Source: a virus (taxonomy: Duplodnaviria > Caudoviricetes). Taken from it: DNA of 64,000 nt. Every line of letters starts with the position of its first letter. Position 1 is the first letter of the stretch. The position numbers were made by a program, and so were the translations under genes. Where the stretch lies: positions 1 through 64,000 of the IMG/VR virus record IMGVR_UViG_3300032312_002037; one strand, 5' to 3'. The notes beneath the pieces are model-generated. The model saw nothing but the letters and a program-made list of their open reading frames with translations, did no database searches and was not told where the DNA came from. Below, piece after piece: positions 58,362 through 64,000 of the stretch.

Positions 58362-58640
58362 TTAAGATGGATTTTTTATTAACTTTATTTTCAAATCATT
58401 TGTTCCTTTTATCAATCGATGATAAACACCCATTGGTATAAATACTTTTTCATTTATTTCTTTAGGTAATTCATTATCAATTTGAATTAACCAATCTGTT
58501 TCACAGATAGATTCAATTATTCTATCTTCTCTATCACGATGCCAAATAAATTCACCAGAATCAGTATCTTGACTGAATACTCTGATAAATTCATTATCAC
58601 TTAATTTAGTTTCTTGAAACGGAAGTATCATATTAGTCAA
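58362..58640 (-). CDS. Small cupin-like phage protein
   Basis: WHRDREDR..FIPMGVYHRLIKG. Confidence 0.7.
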   Translation of the reverse strand: MTNMILPFQETKLSDNEFIRVFSQDTDSGEFIWHRDREDRIIESICETDWLIQIDNELPKEINEKVFIPMGVYHRLIKGTNDLKIKLIKNPS

Positions 58641-59439
58641 TTTTGAATTTTGTTTTATTCAACATATCTATGATATAATCTACATATTGTTCAGCTGTAA
58701 ACTTTTTACCATATTGAGATTTTAATTTCTGAAACTGGTCATTTACTTTATTTGCAACCATTAAACCAAAACTATTTTTGTCACTACCTTTTGCAGTATC
58801 TATTCCAAAATCATAAGCTCTTTTTTTAGTTTGGATACCTGTTTTCTTCAACCAATTATTATATACTTCTAATACTTTACTTTTATCCTCATCTTTATAC
58901 CAATAAAACTTTAAATGGTCATTATCTTCTATAAAATGTTTAGCATCATATCCACACTTGAAAGAAATTGCGGAGTTTTTTAATTCACCTTCTGTACAAG
59001 CCTTATAAAAATCACTTATAAGAGTTGCAAGTCCATTGAACCATTTCTTCAAATTGTCTTCACTTTTCTCAAACGTTATATAAAGGTTTTTTGTTATCTC
59101 TTTATCACCTTTTACTTCTTTTTGTTTAAGACTTGAATTATAATTTACACCAAACCACTCATTTTGTACATCCTGTCCAATTTTCATTACACCACTTTTG
59201 TACTTAAATAAGTATTCGTCCAGTATTTTTTTCCAATTAGGAGATAACTTTTGAATAAAATTATTAAGTTCTGTATGTTCTTCTTTTCCTCGAATTATAT
59301 TTTGATATATCCAAGAAGAAAAATCCATATCATTGCCATCTAAACTACTATTTATATAATCAATTAGTTTTTTTCTTCTCTCATCACTGATTGTAAAGAA
59401 TGTGTTTTCAAAAATTTTATATGATTTTAAATGTTTCAT
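58633..59439 (-). CDS. Hypothetical protein with a CTS-like N-terminus
   Basis: Starts MKHLKSYKIFEN. Confidence 0.7.
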   Translation of the reverse strand: MKHLKSYKIFENTFFTISDERRKKLIDYINSSLDGNDMDFSSWIYQNIIRGKEEHTELNNFIQKLSPNWKKILDEYLFKYKSGVMKIGQDVQNEWFGVNYNSSLKQKEVKGDKEITKNLYITFEKSEDNLKKWFNGLATLISDFYKACTEGELKNSAISFKCGYDAKHFIEDNDHLKFYWYKDEDKSKVLEVYNNWLKKTGIQTKKRAYDFGIDTAKGSDKNSFGLMVANKVNDQFQKLKSQYGKKFTAEQYVDYIIDMLNKTKFKID

Positions 59440-59487
59440 TATATTATGTTATTTTTATATGTCTTTAGATATCTCATATTCTATATA

Positions 59488-60249
59488 TTACCAGAATCCC
59501 GGATAAGTTTTCCCACCCCAAAGGTGTCCATATTTATTAATTCTACAAGCCCAATATCCAGCTTTAGTTTTATCTTTCTTCATATCACAGTTATGTCTAG
59601 CAGCAAATGACTTTCTTGCTTTAGGATTACTAACTTTAGCTGTTAACCCACCATGAACATCACCAAATGCTATCTTTTTAACCTTACCTGTTTTAGGATT
59701 CTTAACATAAACTTGATACTTTTTAGAACCACCACGCATTGGATAGTTTAATTTAACTTCTTTATTATGGTATTTGGCTTCAAATACATAAGCATCTTGA
59801 CCATCATCATATTTACACTTACAAGGTTGACCATCAAACTCACCTTCGAATGTGGTACAAGAAGCCTCTTTGTTTTTAGTCCAAGCCAATGGTTTGATAT
59901 TTGTAACTTTTTTACCCATAACCTCATAATTAAAATCAGGAGTTACATCATGTATAGAAAATGCGGGTTGATTTGTCTCAACAACAAATTCCATTGGTAA
60001 ATCTAAAGGAACCAATTCACCATTGTAGATTCCAAACTTACCAATATCAGTTGATTCGTATAGTTCTTTATCAACATCACATAAATTAACTCTACCTAAG
60101 TCAAATAGTTCTCTAGCTTCTTTGATTACTTCATAGAAAGCCTCTGAACCCGGTCTGAATATATTTTCAGTAATAGGTTTATTATTCTCTAAGTGATATT
60201 TAAGAGATTCTGAAACATTTACAGATTCTGTGAATTTAATAATTTTCAT
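59488..60249 (-). CDS. Conserved T4-like phage hypothetical protein
   Basis: C-terminal KKYQVYVKNPKTGKVKKIAFGD..ARKSFAARHNC..AGYWACR; starts MKIIKFTES. Confidence 0.75.
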   Translation of the reverse strand: MKIIKFTESVNVSESLKYHLENNKPITENIFRPGSEAFYEVIKEARELFDLGRVNLCDVDKELYESTDIGKFGIYNGELVPLDLPMEFVVETNQPAFSIHDVTPDFNYEVMGKKVTNIKPLAWTKNKEASCTTFEGEFDGQPCKCKYDDGQDAYVFEAKYHNKEVKLNYPMRGGSKKYQVYVKNPKTGKVKKIAFGDVHGGLTAKVSNPKARKSFAARHNCDMKKDKTKAGYWACRINKYGHLWGGKTYPGFW

Positions 60250-60262
60250 AAATTATATTTTT

Positions 60263-60685
60263 TTATTGTCCAAGAGAGTTGATAAAGTCAGCCATATTCA
60301 TAACTTTAACATCAGTCTCTGGATTTGTTTCTTCAACTTCTTCACCACAAGTGCAGTCTTGACAACCGCAACCGCAACCTTGTTCTTGTTCAACTTGATT
60401 TCTCATATGATTTGCTGTATGAGATGCTTCAGGACCACCTAAAAGTGTTTGTTCTTTATCTTCTGGTCTAACTTCAACCTCAACCTCGATTGTAAAGTTT
60501 TCAAATTTTTTAACTTTTATTAGTTTATCAAATTCTTTTTTAACCTTTTCTTGGTCTTCCTGTACATCAGTTGTAAATGATGGTCTCTCATCTTTATCTA
60601 CTAAAACTTCAGCATTAAAAAGAACTTCTTGGTCTTCAACCTTTTCATCCTTTTTTGTTTCATTGAATTTTTTAATGTGTTTCAT
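60263..60685 (-). CDS. Acidic protein with a CTS-like N-terminus and Cys cluster
   Basis: Starts MKHIKKFNE; GCGCGCQDCTCG. Confidence 0.7.
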   Translation of the reverse strand: MKHIKKFNETKKDEKVEDQEVLFNAEVLVDKDERPSFTTDVQEDQEKVKKEFDKLIKVKKFENFTIEVEVEVRPEDKEQTLLGGPEASHTANHMRNQVEQEQGCGCGCQDCTCGEEVEETNPETDVKVMNMADFINSLGQ

Positions 60686-60774
60686 AATTTGTTAGTTATT
60701 TTAATACTGTATATATTAAAATCACTTACTAAGAAAAGATAAATTAATATATATGTAAAAGTTTATAATAATAG

Positions 60775-63700
60775 ATGTCAAATCATAAGAACTTATTATT
60801 TTTCAATAAAGAAGGAGATAATTTAAATTTTAGTTATAGTGAAGCAAACGATAGATTTGAGGGTAATATTCTTTTCCATGAAAATTCAAACGATACATTT
60901 AAGACAGCTGGTCTATACACATTAGAGAAAATTCCTTCTTTTGAGTTTGAATATCCAGGCGAAATGACTTTGAATAAGTTTCAACTATTCAATGAGTTTG
61001 GATTTGACTTTTATGCAGGTAACTATACAACACAATCTATAACCAAAGTAGAACCTATAAATAATGACCCTGGCTTTTATTCAAAATGGATATACGGAAC
61101 TCTTTTAGATAGGTCTTTTCCAATAGGAACAATTATAAGATTTGATTCACCTCTTTTGGAGTTTACCAATCCTTTACAAACATATACTGTTGTTAGTACA
61201 AAGAAAGGTGCTATTATGATTATATCATCGGTTGATAATGCTACATTTGAAACTAACTTTCTTAATCAATACATATATGATAATACATATGTAGGCAAGT
61301 CTATATCAGGAGTAAATGCTATTGGTGTTTATAACTATATTGATGATTTATATAAGAACAAACTATCAGTTTGGAACGAGCCAAACTTTTATGATAAACT
61401 TTACAAGAAAAAGAAATTAAATGTTGTTAATAGTAATAACAATAATAGTATTTTTACAGTTAAAGAAAATGAGATAACCGATACTAAATTTTTCGAATAC
61501 TATACTTCAACATCAGATATATCAAACGGGGAATTAATAATTGAGGTTTTAACAAAAACAGATTTGCCAAAAATATATGATGGTTCATTAACATTAAAAT
61601 ATACTGCGGCATCATTTTCAGCTCCAGAGTTAAATAGAATATCATTTGGTAGTATAGTACCAGTTATTTTGAAACCAGGTAGAGAGTTTAAGATAATTGG
61701 CTCTAATAATAATCAAAACTTTTTTACAGTTGCTAATATTCCATCATTTATTGGAAATACACAACAAACTTTTTATGCTACTCAATCTCAAGTAATGTAT
61801 GAGAATGTAATATACGAATGTATTCAAGCTTATACACAAAGTTTTGCTAATACATCTACGCAGTTTGTAACACCAAATACAAATACAAATTACTGGACAA
61901 ATATTATTTCTTATATTCCTGTTGACCAACAAATAACAACAGAGTCTTTATTAAGTTGTCAAGTATATTTAACAACTGATAAACTGTATTTTCAATATGG
62001 CTGGACTCAAAGTAATGAAGTAACATTAGCATCAGCTGCACAGAAATATGCAAATGACTTAAAAGTTTTTAACGTAGAATTATATTATGAAGAAAGTAAA
62101 TTAAAAGCAGACTTAATGTATCCATCTAAATATGTGGAAGTTAATTTTTATCAAACATCTATTGGTCCTACATACTCAGTTACTAAAACCAATGAAACAT
62201 ATGAAAGACTTATTCAAGTAGTAGAACCGATAACAAAAGAATTAAATTATAATTTTTCCGAAAACTTCTCATTAAATATAGTCTTTACTGACTTAGATGA
62301 ATATGGATTCAAAATTAAATTAAACAAACAAGTATTTGAAGAAGAAATTGCTTGGATATATAGCGGTGCTTCTCCAGATATGCAAAGAACCATTGATAGA
62401 ACTTTAAGAGCTTGGCTAACAAGAAATTATGTAAGTCTTCAAAAGTTAGGTATTATAGCGGAACTACAATATGTTGGATCTTTTGCTTCTCCTTTTTATA
62501 ATTCTATTAAATTAAGAACGGATTATCCAAACGTTGAATTCAACTTAAACGAAGTTCTAGTTGGAACAACTGCTGATTATTATATTGAACACTCAAGAGT
62601 TTTATTTAATGATATGGGTAATTATTTATCATTAACAATAAATAATGATACATATGACCAAGAAACAATTTATTTAACAGGTACTTACTCACAATATCCT
62701 GACATACCAGCTACATTACAAGCTTGGGTAGATGAACATGGTGATTACTTGAATAGTTTTGGAATTTTAGTATCAAATATTAATAACTTGCTAAAATTCA
62801 ATGTTAAAAGAGTTGATAGAAGATTAGACTATTCAATAAGCACCGGTAAAAGTACTTTACCTGGTATTAATGATTATATCATAACTGAAAAGATTAAAGG
62901 AAACTTAGGTGTTTTAATAGCATCAAATGAAGTTAATTTATCTTCCACTGCTACCGACAACTATTCATTTGAAGATGCTGGTTTTGCAACTGGAATGGCA
63001 TTTTCAGTAAATAATACTTTTCATACTTGGAACAATCAAGAATATAACATAACAAATCTTGATGGAGGTTTAATGAATTTAAGTTATCAAGGACCATTCT
63101 GGGCTACTAATAACGCAATTTGTAACACTTCACCATTTATCACTTTAGCATTTGAAGTTGGATTTGGTCAAACTGGATGTGGACCAATAGTTGGACCAAC
63201 TGGTGGTAGTGCATCCGGTGGACCGTTCAATGTTGAACAATTTAGTTCAGCATTTAGTTTAACATATAATTTAAATAGTTACAATGTAAATAATTACACA
63301 TTATCATCATCAACTTCTAATAATTTAGTAGACATACTTTATGTTCAATTATCAAACTCATTATATACACTTGGTGATGGATTGACTGTTTTAGATTCTT
63401 ATTTGGGTAACGAAATAGCTACTATAACTTTACCAGGAAATACTCAAAGTATAGCTATGAGATTTAATGGTGTAAATAATTACTTATATTGCTTATCAAG
63501 AAATAAAGTATATGTAGTTGATCCGCTTCTAAATACAGTTGTTACTCATTGGACACTAGCAAATAATGCAGTGGATATGCAAATAAACACAGCTAATGGT
63601 GATATTTATATTTCGTTTAGTAATATAGCTAGAATTGAAATATACAATACAAGTAATATTTTAGCAACAACCCCACTAACAATATCATCTACTAACTTTC

Positions 63701-64000
63701 CGGTCGATGCTACATCAACAGGAACAATGATTTTTAATGAATTTGAAAGCAGGATGTATGTTATAACTAACTCAAATATAGGGTCTGTTTTAAGAATTCT
63801 TGGTTCAACAAGAACTATACAAACAACATTTGGCGTTCCAGGTGCGACTGGTACAATTTTTTACGAACCGGTTAATGAATCTGTTTATGTATATGGTTCA
63901 GCCTCATTGTGGAAAATAGATAATAGTGTTACCGTTGCTATACCAAATGTATTAGCGGCTGGATTTCAAGATATTATTTATAATAACTTATCAGGTAATG
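60775..64000 (+). CDS. Large virion structural protein, truncated by the window edge and absent from the ORF track
   Basis: ATG at 60775 (MSNHKNLLFFNKEGD...) after TAATATATA at 60745. No stop was seen in the lines I checked up to 64000 (>1070 aa). The distal part is beta-propeller-like. Confidence 0.8.
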   Translation, partial: MSNHKNLLFFNKEGDNLNFSYSEANDRFEGNILFHENSNDTFKTAGLYTLEKIPSFEFEYPGEMTLNKFQLFNEFGFDFYAGNYTTQSITKVEPINNDPGFYSKWIYGTLLDRSFPIGTIIRFDSPLLEFTNPLQTYTVVSTKKGAIMIISSVDNATFETNFLNQYIYDNTYVGKSISGVNAIGVYNYIDDLYKNKLSVWNEPNFYDKLYKKKKLNVVNSNNNNSIFTVKENEITDTKFFEYYTSTSDISNGELIIEVLTKTDLPKIYDGSLTLKYTAASFSAPELNRISFGSIVPVILKPGREFKIIGSNNNQNFFTVANIPSFIGNTQQTFYATQSQVMYENVIYECIQAYTQSFANTSTQFVTPNTNTNYWTNIISYIPVDQQITTESLLSCQVYLTTDKLYFQYGWTQSNEVTLASAAQKYANDLKVFNVELYYEESKLKADLMYPSKYVEVNFYQTSIGPTYSVTKTNETYERLIQVVEPITKELNYNFSENFSLNIVFTDLDEYGFKIKLNKQVFEEEIAWIYSGASPDMQRTIDRTLRAWLTRNYVSLQKLGIIAELQYVGSFASPFYNSIKLRTDYPNVEFNLNEVLVGTTADYYIEHSRVLFNDMGNYLSLTINNDTYDQETIYLTGTYSQYPDIPATLQAWVDEHGDYLNSFGILVSNINNLLKFNVKRVDRRLDYSISTGKSTLPGINDYIITEKIKGNLGVLIASNEVNLSSTATDNYSFEDAGFATGMAFSVNNTFHTWNNQEYNITNLDGGLMNLSYQGPFWATNNAICNTSPFITLAFEVGFGQTGCGPIVGPTGGSASGGPFNVEQFSSAFSLTYNLNSYNVNNYTLSSSTSNNLVDILYVQLSNSLYTLGDGLTVLDSYLGNEIATITLPGNTQSIAMRFNGVNNYLYCLSRNKVYVVDPLLNTVVTHWTLANNAVDMQINTANGDIYISFSNIARIEIYNTSNILATTPLTISSTNFPVDATSTGTMIFNEFESRMYVITNSNIGSVLRILGSTRTIQTTFGVPGATGTIFYEPVNESVYVYGSASLWKIDNSVTVAIPNVLAAGFQDIIYNNLSGN

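Noticed and set aside
1-64000. Alternative genetic code (stop-codon reassignment seen in some large phages)
   Set aside because: Core genes are full length under the standard code, and some genes end in TAG or TGA.
1-64000. tRNA genes
   Set aside because: No cloverleaf with a canonical T-loop was found in the intergenic gaps; only the tmRNA tRNA-like domain.

Overview
A 64-kb, very AT-rich segment of a large T4-like (gp23/gp20/gp18/gp17 type) myophage, probably a jumbo phage. Exact TTTG-N19/20-TAnnTTTG promoters and the gene content point to a Bacteroidota host. The window holds the virion and late core: major capsid, protease-scaffold, portal, terminase, gp2/gp4, gp15, gp25, gp26/gp51, a 1291-aa sheath, tail tube, gp55-like sigma, clamp loader and gp47. 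It also holds accessory genes: a glycosyl/pyruvyl/methyl-transferase cluster, two M28 peptidases, GSII, RNase R, ClpS, NADAR, Dam, HAD and 2H phosphoesterases, and HNH endonucleases. The ORF track misses five notable signals. (1) An integron-like array at the left edge in which small ORFs are separated by attC-like long inverted repeats. (2) An unannotated tmRNA with an atypical T-loop and a long non-canonical tag, alongside RNase R, NFACT-R and ClpS. (3) Several degenerate copies of the phage's own capsid and protease genes that share a short R-x-x-K-[IL]-x-x-[IVL] peptide. (4) About 11 unrelated proteins with a T4 internal-protein-like N-terminal signal. (5) A >1000-aa ORF running off the right edge. 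All assignments come from motifs read by eye; no database searches were run.
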